Shown: positions 24,884 through 37,478, counted from the first letter of the whole stretch. The stretch is 56,111 nt of DNA, filler included, from Jimgerdemannia flammicorona (GCA_003990765.1; 3 parts of 3 records of this genome joined end to end with filler, not necessarily neighbours in it); one strand, 5' to 3'. Notes: generated from the sequence alone by a model not told the origin. A program made the numbers and translations.

Positions 24884-27130
24884 TCAAAGAAACATGTGAC
24901 ACCCAGTTAATTCACGTAGGACTTTTCCGATAGTATCATTTAACAGATGAAGATTCTCCGCAGATCGCAGGTCGACATTGAGTATAAGATCGGTTCGGCG
25001 GTCGAGTTCCACCAGGTCGTAGAGCGGAAACTTCCCAGTCGCTTTTGGTATGTTGAAATAGATCCGTAGTAGTCCTTTGAGGACGCCATCCATCTCAAGC
25101 TTCTGGACTAGTTCATAACGGCCACGCAGGAAATGATGTTGTGCTTGCTGCTCTGGGGAAATTCGTAAGGCCTACCGTTGGATTTCGTATAGAACATCGC
25201 CACATCCGTCGTCTTGATATTCTTTTCGCATTTCTTGTCTCTGATGTCATGCTTCATGCTGAGCGCTGATGCGAAGATCACGAAGACACCTTCGGTAGAG
25301 GTGGCAATATCCCGTCTGGGCCCGCCATCGCCGCTGGAAGGAGAGCTACATTATTATTTTTACCAGAGAGGAAGGCCTCGAGTGTGTCATCCGTGGCTGA
25401 TACCGTAGAATCGTCGCGTATTTTATCAAATGATAGGACTTCTAGCGATTCGTCCAGCCACTCCGAAAATATTTTGTCAGAGAGACTTGCCAGTCCAATT
25501 TTCATTGATCTTGGTCATGGCGATCCATTCGAGGAGACTACCACGGGCAGCGGGCGTCAGAGCAGGGGTGGACATGAATTCTGTGAGGTACCTCATGTAG
25601 ATCGATTCTTTTGTTAAATGTGTACGGAAGAACATCAGAGCATGGCGAACCCAGGGTTCCGCCAGCATGTACGAAAGGTTCGGGCAAGCTCCAACAGTAA
25701 CGTCGGGCTCAAAGAGTGTACTAGTGTTTGACCGAGTATCATCGTCGTAAATGTTGTCGGGATTCGGCAACCATTCCCAATCACGGAATGGCAATTCTTC
25801 GAGCTCCACGACAGGGTCTTGTTACGTGGTCCAACCATGGTGTTTCACTTCGTGTGCCGAACGAACTTCATCGTGTCTGAGGAATGGTACGGCAGTATTT
25901 GACCTCGCGAGAACATGGATGCCACCAGCTAAAACAGTAAACAAAAATGATATTCAACATTTTCCACAATTATTACGATTAGCTTAGTCAGGATGCGATA
26001 GTACAATGCCTTGTAACAACGTCAGAACATCAATGGCTTGTTTGGACTTAACGATATTACTGGGGCTGAAACTGGGTCTAGAAGATATGGATAGCATATG
26101 TTGCAGTTGGCCGCGCTAATATTTGCTCACACCAACAAGTTCCGTCAACTCCGTGCTATACGTAATCTTGGGGCCGGTAATAAGACTGCCGATGTGTTTT
26201 TGCAATCCGATAGGGCTCTGCGACGTCCTTGTGTGCCTTCTTGAGCAATTTCAAGGCTTTAAGTTTCACTATTTCTTCGGGTATTTTCATGTTGGCGACA
26301 TATTCAAAAAAAAGCCCATCGTAAAACGAATACGCCCTATTGTATGCAATCGGATTAGCGGAAGTTGAACCAGCGGAAAGAAGTTTGTATCTCCATTGCC
26401 GAAACATATATTTACCTTCCATGTCAACGGCGATTTCTTTGATGGCAGTCGACGCCACGCCTGTTCGGTTCACTGGCGTAAAGGTGTAATTTCTCTAACT
26501 TCAACTAATTCCCTGTACTTGGCCACCATGGAATCCAATTCCACTAAAGTTACTCAACTCCAAGTATCATCAACGTCACGGCACCTATGGCTTTGAATCC
26601 TTCTACCACGAGAAGGAAAACTAATCGATATGACCAGGTTGTGTGGGATTGTGTTGGAGGTTTCGTGTCCGAGGTATAAAAGGGGTTGTAAACGCTGTGA
26701 TGTCCTACGAAAGAGTGGCCCTCCTCAGGGTGCCATTGTCATCCAAGAATCCTGTGCTACGAGGTAAAAACGTTTTTATGGTGATATCGAGTCAAACAGT
26801 GGCACTTCGTTACTTTTAGGAAATCTTGATGCGCCGTGATTTCACAACGTCCGAGCTCATCGCTTCCCAATTTATAGTCCATCAGGTAGTAGCAAATGTC
26901 TCCATTTCTTGACAGTACAGCCATGTGAGGGGAGTAAGGTCGAAATGTCGGTGAAGGAGGGACCACGAAATACGACGAGCCACGAGCAGAGTCTTAATGA
27001 AATGGATGACTTTCTCCGCAAGACTTTGCAGTTCCTGCAAGGCGTCGATGGCAATCTCCTGTGATGAAAAAGTACTGTGATCAAAGTGTTTCTGCTTCAT
27101 AATTTTGCGGATTTTGTTGAGCATTACCCT
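24884..27130 (-). pseudogene. Frameshifted Crinkler-related (NTPase plus restriction-endonuclease-like) gene remnant
   Basis: Chained minus-strand fragments: LAEPWVRHALMFF ... RGSLLEWIAM ... ALLPAAMAGPDGI ... KNIKTTDVAMFY ... GLLRIYFNIP. This resembles the EP / GxxxE / PxxxxGPD motif order I associate with fungal CRN-type REase proteins. The 5' end abuts AT-rich repeat. Confidence 0.45.
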
Positions 27131-27149
27131 TGTGTCATGGCTGTTTGTA

Positions 27150-28482
27150 TCATTATCTTTGTAATTCTTGCAAAGAATGTGATAAGGCTTTGCTCAATAG
27201 TTACAATACCAGAGGTTGGACAGAAATTGTTGGCTATAGTGGTCTAGTTATATAAGGTGCAGAAAGTCTCATTTGGTAAGTTGATGCCAGGGTTTAATAC
27301 TGGTTACTAGAAAGAGAGTGGTATTTTATCTATAGACTCTTAAAATCTTCAACTAGTTTGATTTTTGGAATTGATTACTCTTAGATTTGTGAGTTACATA
27401 GCTAAACTCAGTTTTGAAATATTGAGTATAGTAGTTATTATTTTATAGTTTTGCTATATATATCTTATATAATAGATATTAGATATCAGTATAGTATATA
27501 TTTTATTTAATAATAGATAGTTAAATATAATAATAAATTGAACAGATTCTAATCTTTTTGGCTAATTGGTCTAAGGTGAGTTTTTTTTTTAACTAAGAGT
27601 GATTAGAGATTTAAATCTAACTAATAATATAGAAAAAATTTTAATATTACTATTATCTTATTATTTATATTAAGTAAGAGATATATTTATTTTTAAATAA
27701 GCAGACTTTAATAGCTTATAGAGTAAGTATATTTTTATTATTTATATAGTATAAAATAAGTCTCTCTTAATATTTAAAATAATAATATAAGAGGTCTTTT
27801 ATAGTTTATTTATCTTTTTAGCTAAGATGATATATATTATAATATATATAAAAGTAATAATAGTAGAAATTTCAAAACTATAAAAACTTAAAAATCATCT
27901 TTTAGTTAAAGATTATTTATTAGTATATTATAAAAACTAATTATTTTTTATTTAAAATATAAAAGTTTTTATAATTATAACTAAAATTTAAATTTTTCTT
28001 ATAATTATTTAAAATAAAGTTTAATATATAAATAATTTTAAGTTAAACTTTATTTTAAAAATAACTTTTTTGAATTTAATTAGAAATATTATTGTATCTT
28101 ATTAAAAATAATAAATATAGTAATTAGAGTTATTTAAATATATTTTATTTAGTAAAATAATAAAACTTAATATAATTATAATTTTTTTTTTTAATAATCT
28201 TAATTTGATATAAGTAATTAATATAATTTTATAAATAATATAAAGTTTTTCTCACTTAGATTCTAACTTAGTACTTTAATTTTCTTTAATATATAAAGAC
28301 TTTAATTTAATAATTATATTATATTTATACTTTATTAATATTATATATCTTTTATTCTATAGTCACATATAGGTAAATTTATATAATATTATTATCAGAT
28401 ATAGTTAATTCAGAATACAAATATATAAATATAGTAATAATACTTTATATACTTTAAGATCTACTCCTATACTCTAAAATAC
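27150..28482. repeat. Extremely AT-rich, heavily mutated repeat remnant (unassignable)
   Basis: CpG-free and TpA-rich with no readable ORF; resumes at 31392-31594 after the Harbinger insertion. Confidence 0.5.
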
Positions 28483-28589
28483 TTAGGGCTTATTTAGTTC
28501 AAAATAACATTATTTTGGGTTATATGGCATGAGAATTATTTCTAGATCAAAATAATTCTAATGCTCAAAAGATCATATTGTTACTGAAT

Positions 28590-30002
28590 ACTAATAATAA
28601 AATTATAGTATTATTTTGAGTCAGCTACAACCTTGCTACCATGTCTTCTCCAAATGTGCTACCATATCTTCTATAGCAATTCACTGCTGTCCTTCATAAC
28701 ATCCAGCCTGGTCTTCATAAACTCATTTGTTTATCACATTTCTTCATACTTCTTGTCTACATTGCTGCTGAGTATATACTACTACTATATGGAAAGCAGT
28801 CATATAATATGTCTTCTCTATCAGATGCTCTTTATTTTTTAAGTTGCTATTTTTAATAAGAAAACTTACCAATTAACACACCACCATCAGATACTCACTA
28901 TATGGAGGAGTTATTGATAGGAAACATATGATACATATATTGATAGTATTTTACAGATACTCCTTACTACATTTCAGTATCTATGTTATCTTCTGGAGAC
29001 CTATGGACTCCTTAAGGAGCATTAGATCATGAGTATTGCCAAACAGGTTGTGATCTTCTTTTGGATTGTCAGACACAATACATCCAACAGATAGATGATA
29101 GAGTGCTTCCAGCATAGTGGAGATATAATTAGTACAATCTTTTACTTAGTTCTCAAGATATTGGTATACCTTGCTCCTGACTTTGTATGTCTGCCACATT
29201 CAAACAGCTGGCCTCCTAAAGTGAGAGAAAACTCAAAGTTTTTTTCTTACTTCAAGGACTATATTAGTATACTCAATAGTTTCCACATTCCTACTTTAGT
29301 GTCTACTAACTTAGTTACTGCATATAGGAACGGAAAGAGATTCACTTTGTAGAATATACTGATAGTCTGTAATTTCAACATAATATTTTCTTACATTCTA
29401 AGTGGCTGGGAGAGTTCTATGTATGATGGGTGAGTCCTTAAAGATATGCTCAGCAAAGACCTTTTTATTCCAGAAGGCAGGTTCTATCTGGGAGATGCTG
29501 GCTATAGACTGTTATATCAAGTCCTTACTCTCTACTAATGTATTCAATATTACCTTCGTGAACAGGAAAGTACTTGCATCAAGGGAGAGCAGAGGATAGA
29601 CTGTCAGAAGTTTAATTTTATTTTTATTTTTTTATTTTTTACTAGACAACTACTAATTTGTGGCTATAAATAAAAGAGAAGCTCTTCAACCTCAGATATA
29701 TAAGTCTGAGAAATATGGTGGAGCAGATCTTTGGAGTGCTAAAACACTGCTTTCTGATCTTGAACACACAGATTATATATTTGCTAGAAATGCAAGCAGA
29801 CCTCCTATATACATTAGCTTGTCTGCATAACTTTATCATATAACAAAATAGCCAGGATAATATGTTCTTCAGGAAGAATTTTCATGAGACTTAGAGGAGT
29901 ATGAAAATAGGAAAGGATATTGGGTTGAAGAGAATGATGGTGTGAGTAAATGGTAAGATGAAATTACCTATCAAATGTGGGAAAATTATTGGCAACACTG
30001 AT
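28590..30002 (+). pseudogene. Harbinger DDE transposase (HARBI1-like)
   Basis: YLGDAGY (29485-29505), EKLFNLRYISLRNMVEQIFGVLKHCF and LACLHNFI motifs. Boundaries approximate. Confidence 0.88.
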
Positions 30003-30056
30003 AATAATAGATATATCACATTGATTATACTTTTTTATTGAATCACATGTATAACT

Positions 30057-31143
30057 ATTATAATTGTCCCAAAGTGTCTTTATTTATATTGTTAATCTCC
30101 TCTTTCAACCAAATATCATGTACCTCTCCAGCAGACATTGTACAGAATATTGTTGCATTTACTTCAGACTTCATAACACTATAAGCTTTAGCCATATCTG
30201 TACTGTTTAATATATTACTATACTCTTTATGGAGAGCAAGGATGGTATCTCAATAGATACTGGGGCTTGTTAGCAGTGGTGCCTTTATAATATCAGCCAG
30301 CTGGTCAATGGCAGAGGTAATTGTCAAGCCAGGGTTGGTTCACTTATGTTTTTTGAAAGTAGTATTGCAGGAGGGAGTAGTGTTGTGGGAGGAAGTAATG
30401 GTAGAGAAAGTGGTGGTAGAGGAAGGTTTGTTAGTGTTGGAGATGTTTTGAGAGATATCTTGAAACTCATCTTCATCTTCAGAGAGTATCTTATTTTAAA
30501 TTTGATGCTTATTGATATTGGAAGAGATTTGAGAGGAAATTGATGATTGGTGCTCATCTTCATCTTTGGAGGGTATCTTGGTCTGAGTGTGACACTGTAT
30601 AGCCTGATCTTGTATAGTGATGTAATGGCCAGTTACCCCTATTGTCCCAAACAGCTCATTAAAGTCATTATACTGAGAAAAGGCCCTATTCCAGAACTTT
30701 TTTGCCTAGAGGTACTCTTGTAAATATAGAACAAATTAGAAAAGATAATATTTAGCTTATAGAAAGTCTGAATAATGAGTATTTGCACCTTTAAGTAATC
30801 ATCTCACACTTTTGAAGGAGCCTCTACTATTTGTGTCTCCTCATTCCAACCAAACCCACTCCTATTCTTCAGGTGGTTAAATATATCATAGTTTGACTTA
30901 AATAACTGGTGAAACTTTGACTTGATCTGGCTGATGTTGATTGGCTAATCAAAGTGTTCTAAACATTGTTTAGCTATTGAGACCCATGTCTCTGGCTTGA
31001 AACCATTTTTAGTTTTTTTTTTACATTAAACTATATCAAGCAGCTAGGAGATTAGGTAGTTTTCTATTGTCAAGTCTCATTGGAGATATGGTGCCTTCTT
31101 CTTTTCTTTGGAGTTTTCTTTGGCAGAGATAGTAGGGTTCATA
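30057..31143 (-). pseudogene. Harbinger Myb/SANT-like DNA-binding protein
   Basis: GFKPETW...QIKSKF...RSGFGWNEETQIVEAP...KKFWNRAFSQYNDFNELF. Confidence 0.85.
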
Positions 31144-31594
31144 GAGATAATGGATTTGTGGAGATAAAGATAAATATAATAGGAGATAGTAGAGGTAGTG
31201 GAAATAACAGTCAAAATACAGGTTCGGACCTGTATTTCAAAATAAGGAGTTATATGTGATTTTGTATGATATTGTATTCTAATGGTGATATTGTACTGAA
31301 TATATCATAATTTTTCCATAATATTCAAAAATAATATTATTTCAAAATGCAGGCATTATTTTCTAAACTAATGCAACCAAATAGGCCCTTAAAGATCTCT
31401 TTAAAAGTATAATCTAAAGTATGATTTTGCCTCTAATTATAGTTTTAATAGTACTGTAGCTTCTTGTTAGCTATTTTGTAGATTATAATTTGACCATTTT
31501 GTCTCTATATATAGTTTTATAAGTAAAATCTCTTTTGATATTTACTATATATAGTTTAATAGTTATTGCTTAAATATTATAAATATAGAGAATA

Positions 31595-33654
31595 TGTAAG
31601 CACACAACCTCTAAGTCACTGAAATTACATGTCACCCTCTGAACAAGCCACTGAAATTACACACAACCTCTGAATAAATCTGGAAATCATCTGCTTGATC
31701 ATGAAGCTAAGTCAAACCAAAGTCACAGCATACAAAGCTAAGTCAATATGAAGTCACAGAACACAAGATTCACATAAATGGAATCTTACCAATCAGGACC
31801 AAATACATATATACCAAGCACCAAGATACATCGAAACAGAGAACCAAAACAAATAACAACTATAACTTCTAACACACAAATATGACCACCGAGATCTACA
31901 ACCATATCCACACTGACATTTGGAATACCATTGTCAACTGAGTCACACCTCCTCTACCCCTCATGAATATCCATAGCCTAGCACCCCTTTACTTCATGGA
32001 AGCCCGATGGAATACCCTAAACATACTTAATGAGGCCTACCAGATTGGACAAATCTCAAGCTACTACCAGATCGGCCACCTCCTAGAAGATATGGTTGAA
32101 CATCATCACGATACAGACATTATCCAGATGTCTCAACACCAGAAGCTCATCGCTCACAAACACCGAGAACTCTTCTATGAGTACAGTACCTTTATTCCCC
32201 AACTCCAAGTTACTACCAGCGAAATGGTTGCTACCCTGTCCTATAGCCAAATCAATGACATGATATAAGAAATCAACCACAAGTACCTCGAGTATGTTGA
32301 AACTACAGACAGAACCTTTCTGCACCCCAATGACCACATCCTGCAAATGTCCCAAGTCAGATACGCTATGAAGGATATTTACGATATAATCTGGTTCAAT
32401 GAAGATGAAGTAGAAGACAATAATCCCTTCAACATTGACATGACCCCAAGCCAAGGATCCCTGCCAACACTAATTATACCACCAACCTTGCCAATGAACT
32501 TACAACAGTTCATAACCACATATGAGACCTATTGGAACAATGACCACTAGTATGAATACCAACCCGCGTTCACCTCCAATTATCTCAACTACAATGAAGA
32601 GACCGGAGAATACAACCTATATCTCCAGACAACCCTCAAGATTGAACAAACCACTCCACTACCTGAGTATGAGTGATATGAACCACAGTTACCAGCTTAC
32701 TACAATCCCATGACTCATAGTGCTGTAACCTACAAAAGGTATGCAGACAGCGAATCTGATGAAAGCGAAGATGATGCACCTCTCCTCTACCCACTAACAC
32801 CTTATCCAGCATATGAGACAGATGATGCTATCTTGTAGAACAGTGATGAAGTCCCTATCTCAGCCAATAAGGAGAAGTAATCCACAAACTACTCTTCCTG
32901 GATGACTACTTCATCAGAGATGATATCATCAATGGTGATGTCATCGAAGACTACCCAGACAGTGTCTAAACCTATAAATAGCTTAGCAGTCATAGTATAG
33001 TTAGATTAGCCTTATACAATATGACTGTGAACTGACTCAGCAGTCAGACAATCTCTTGATATGTCAGATCACTCTTATATTACATGACTGTATTCTGACT
33101 CAGCAAGACACTTAGTGCTACATCCATATTCAGCATAGTCTAGATAGCCCCTCACTAGTATAAATACCCTCTCCCCTAGACCTCAGAATCTTGACTTGAA
33201 AGACTTAAACAATCCAAATACAACTCCTGAGCACTTCCCCACAACATTCCTTTATACAACTACTCCTAGTATAGCAATATCATGAATAGTAAATAAACCT
33301 ATTTAATAATCCACAAACCACTCTTAAGTAAATCCACTCCCCATTAGGTCCCACTCTAACTCTGTTATGAAATTTCCTAATTGGGTATTGTCTGCAGCGA
33401 TATACCAATTCAACTAAGCTGGTCTTAGTTTCTTGAACTTCCTGAAATACAGAAAATCCTAAACATCTAGAACTAGTCTGAAAAAGGACTTTGGTTGAGA
33501 CGTTAACCCAAACTTGAAATCAATAAGTATAGAGGATGTACTCCATATAAAATTAATCTTGACCATAAGAAAACAGTCTCCTAGAATATCCAGAACTTCC
33601 AGAAAACTCTTCCAGAACTACGTAATAGTTACCCTAAAAAGTAACCCTCTTACA
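31595..33654 (+). repeat. 5' LTR of family B (~2.06 kb)
   Basis: Inverted termini TGTAAG/CTTACA. Both termini and the 3' ~730 bp recur at 53271-54756 with different flanks. Confidence 0.8.
31882..32880 (+). pseudogene. Accessory ORF inside the family B LTR (unknown function)
   Basis: A single frame of 333 codons with five point stops and no frameshift: MTTEIYNHIHTDIWNTIV...SSYYQIGHLL...AHKHRELFYEYSTFIPQLQ...EDDAPLLYPLT. Confidence 0.75.
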
Positions 33655-33657
33655 ACT

Positions 33658-33669
33658 TGGTAGTAGTGG
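33658..33669 (+). promoter_or_regulatory. Primer binding site, probably tRNA-iMet
   Basis: TGGTAGTAGTGG here and TGATAGCAGCAG at 54760 give a consensus TGGTAGCAGCGG, 3 nt after the LTR CA. Confidence 0.65.
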
Positions 33670-36577
33670 TTTACAATCCAATTCTGCTTCAAGACACTTC
33701 CTCACCCTGCTACAAACCCCTCTGCAAATTCCTACAAGTTAGTATAAAGTCCAACCTCTAAACTGAAATTTATCCTGAACTATCTGACAATCTGAAGAGA
33801 ATTGAACCTGACATACAAGGACAATTTGACCTCCACACCTATAACAAGTAGGACAAACTTCATTCAAAAAAAGAAGTACTCTGATTAAACCAACAAATAG
33901 GTGAAATCCTATTTACCAAACTCCTTGCACTACACTCAGCAAGTCAAGATGAAGAAGGTCTTATTGAAGTTTTCTTTACTCTTCTCAACAAGAGTTTTGT
34001 CAGCTCTATAAATCTGAGTGACTTAGGACAACTAGCAGCAGTCTTTCTAGCCTTAGTCCCTCATGAAGCCCAAGCCTCTATAGCCAAGTGGCCCAACTCT
34101 ACCAACTTTCACCGCACCAGGACCAAGACTGCATTATACTACCGATTCCAGAATAGTAAGGCCCACCATATTCTTAAAGAAGAAGCAAGAGAAACCCTTC
34201 ATCAACTATCTGACCCCGAACCTGAAGCAGGCCCTGCTACAGTCCCACCTGAATCTGAAACTAATACCGAACCTGAACTTGACTTTGAATTAAGTCCATC
34301 GGAAATCAGATATATAACTGATTCTATCTACTTTGACACTGAGCAAACCCAATTATACAGGGACCAAACCAAAGAAGAGGAGGAGTATTTCAGTGAATTC
34401 GATCCTGGATATACTACTGAAGGAGAAGTACCTCCATCAGGACAGAATACACCTACACAGTAACAAATAGTTATCTATTAAGCCCTCACTCCAGACCCAC
34501 AACTACTACTCCAGCAACTTACACAGATCCAAAGAACCCCATCACACTCTGCACCAGTATCTCAAGTAGTACCAGTAACACCACTACCAGCAGTCCAACC
34601 ACCTCCAGTAAACAATATAGTGAACCAATAGATTCTAGACCTCACAGCCCAGGTAGCCATAATGGCAGCAACCATTACTGCCTTAGCTGAACAGACCTGA
34701 CCTACCAAAAATCTGAGTCTACCTACCTTCAATGGTACTGCACAAGAAGTCCAAAGCTTCATTAGTATAGTTGATACCAACTTTGAAGCCAATTAATGGA
34801 CCAATGAGTGAGTTGCTGACCACATTCTAACAAATAATCAAGACTATACTCTGAAACAACTCTTTGCTACCACTACAGCCTATGTCTGCTGAGTTGTTAC
34901 ATTCTTCTGAGGACCTGCTGAAGAATAGTGGTAAACCCTTCCTGAAAAACCCCTCACATAAGATACCCGACCTACAGTAGTTGCTTAGAATGCAGCAAAC
35001 AATACTCTAGGATATGGAGTCCATCCTGCAGCCCCTGGACTCAAATAACTCATAATTGCTCAATACTACAGTGAAACCATAATTGCTGAATCTCGAGTAA
35101 AACTCTGTAACCTCAAATTTAATATACATAGCAAAGAAGAATTTGAAACCTTCTGTACAAAACTTGAGTCACTCCTGAACACTGTTGGCCTAGGATACAT
35201 TGCCAATGAAGAAGCACAAAATAGTACAAGAGCAGACTATTTATTCAATGCACTGCCTGAATGGCTTACTAGAAAAATCTGAGAACAAGGCCACCCAGTT
35301 GATTGTGATCACCAACAATGGTATCTAGCAAGAATCAAGACTATGGTCAAGCAAATCCTAATAGCTGGACCAATTCTGCCCCAAAGATAATTCAACAATA
35401 AGGAAAAGACTTAGACTAAAAAAGAAGAACCCAAGCATGAAGCATCTCGAGCTCCCTCTACATCTACCTCTTGGACACCCAGAAATCATGAACCCACCCA
35501 GCCAAGTACCTTCAAGAAACTTACTGAAGGCGAAAGGAATGAACTTCAAAGAAGCGGAGCATGCTTCTATTGCCGAAAGACAGGACATATGGCCAGTGCC
35601 TGTCCTAACTGAAAACCCTGAACAGCAACATGAGCAACTGTTACCACTCTGCACCACCTTAACAACCTGACCACCAGAACACTAGACTTTGTCAAGTTAA
35701 GACAAACTGCCAAGGCTCCAACTAAAGGAAGTCAAAAAGCAGCTGGATATGACCTGTATGCAGCCAAAGAAGCTACAGTTTCCAACTGAGAAGTCAAGTA
35801 AGTCTACACAGGAATCAGTATCCAAATTCCTGAAGGATATATTGGAAGAATATACTGTTGCAGCAGCCTAGCATTGAAAGGACTCTCAGTAGAAGGAGGA
35901 GTCATTGATGAAGATTACACAGGCGAAATTATTATCCTCATCTGAAACCACAGTTGAACACTCTTCAAGATCCCTATTGATTTCTGTATTGCCCAGATTC
36001 TATTTGAAAAAATTGAATCAACTCTGACAGTCAAAGAAGTCTCTGAACTACTACCTACCATCTGAGGATCCAAAGGATTTGGCTCATCAAATAAGGCCCC
36101 AGCCCAACCTACTATGAGCAAAGAAGAATAATTCTACAAGAAGATCGAAGATGGATATGTACCAAGTGGCTGATGCCCTCATGGCATTGGAATGTACTCT
36201 TTCCAAATAATTGATGATTGCTTCTCTTGTATCAATGAACTGGTACAAAGAAGAACCAATAGAAGGAAAGCCCCTATAACCGAAATCACCACTATTGGAT
36301 CAGACAAACTGCTTACACTTAAAGCTTTTGTCAACTGAGCACCTGTCAAGATTATGATAGACAGTGGTGCCTCAGATAACTTCATCAATAAAGAGACAGC
36401 CAACAGACTCAAGGTCTTCACCTCTCCAGTACAATAAACTCAAGCAGTTGCTATAGCTGATGGAACCTCACATATTATTAGCAAAGAAGTCTGCAATCTA
36501 CCCTTCGAATTGACAACCACCAAGTACATGTTATCCTCCAAATCATATTACTTCCTGATAATGAAATCATCCTTGAC

Positions 36578-37378
36578 TGGCGTGGAAATGAGGGGGAGGA
36601 GGTATGGGGTCCTGATATGTGGCGATGGGACTGCCTGCTTCTAGGGGGAGTACCACTAGCTGAGTTTGACATTGGAGATGGAGTGGAGTGTCAGTGGCGG
36701 ATTGGCCAGGATCTTTGGCCGAGTAGCTGGCAGGCAGTGAGGATTGGTGAAGGGTGGGATTGGACAAGGATCTGGTCTTGGAGTGCAGAGGTCCGGCGGT
36801 GGCTTCCTCCCAAGTTCTGGGTAGTGTGGTGGCGGATATTGCGGAGGAATATTATGTTGAACTTCCGTGCTGGGCATCTGGTGGTTGGAGGTCAGCTGGA
36901 TTGTGAGGAGTGTTATAATGTTGGGCAGGTTGGGGGTTTTGTGCAAACGCCTGAACATTGGCTGGGGGAGTGTGAGGTTCTGGGTGACTTTTGGATTGCT
37001 GTAGGGGACTGCCTTGGGGTTGAGAGGAGACCAGATGGGGAGAGAGGTCGTTGGGAAGATCTGGAATCTAGACTTGTGGGAGGGGTTGGCAATCAGTGGC
37101 TTACTGTAGGTTGGATTGTGGCAGTGTGGGTGGGGTTGGCTGGACATTGGCTCTTTGTTTTTGAGGAGGGGCGACAGATAGGGATCCGGGAAAAGTTATC
37201 AAGATGGGAGGAGTTGGTGGCAGATTTGCTGACAGGGTGGTGGGCTGGGTGGGGATGGCAAGGTGGGCATCGTCGCCGTCTGGTGGAGGGGATATGTGCG
37301 CAGAGTGGTGGGCGGGTGGCGATGGTGTTGGATAAAGTGGTTTTTCGGCGAGAAGGGGTTGGGGGGGGGGGTGGAGGG
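36578..37378 (+). mobile_element. L1/Tx1-type LINE ORF2 C-terminus (zf-RVT), 5'-truncated insertion
   Basis: Open frame WDWTRIW...LPPKFWVVWWRIL...CEEC...QTPEHWLGECEVLGDFW matches the zf-RVT pattern. It begins abruptly inside the family B protease region. Confidence 0.85.
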
Positions 37379-37478
37379 NNNNNNNNNNNNNNNNNNNNNN
37401 NNNNNNNNNNNNNNNNNNNNNNTTAATTAATTAANNNNNNNNNNNNNNNNNNNNNNNNNNNNNNNNNNNNNNNNNNNN
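37379..37478. other. Artificial contig join (N44-TTAATTAATTAA-N44)
   Basis: Linker at 37423-37434 inside an N-run. Confidence 0.97.

Larger units (their letters stand above)
28486..31388. mobile_element. PIF/Harbinger DNA transposon (both ends present, degraded)
   Basis: TIRs GGGCTTATTTAGTT / AACCAAATAGGCCC, TTA target-site duplication on both sides, and two convergent ORFs. Confidence 0.92.
31595..36577 (+). mobile_element. Ty3/Gypsy-like LTR retrotransposon, family B (LTR-gag-dUTPase-ZnF-protease, then interrupted by a LINE)
   Basis: LTR TGTAAG...CTTACA, PBS, gag knuckle CFYCRKTGHMASAC (35562-35603), dUTPase (35680-36090) and protease IMIDSGASDNFI (~36351-36390). RT is not visible. Confidence 0.88.

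Noticed and set aside
36656..37147. Pro-rich minus-strand ORF
   Set aside because: Antisense shadow of the plus-strand zf-RVT frame.
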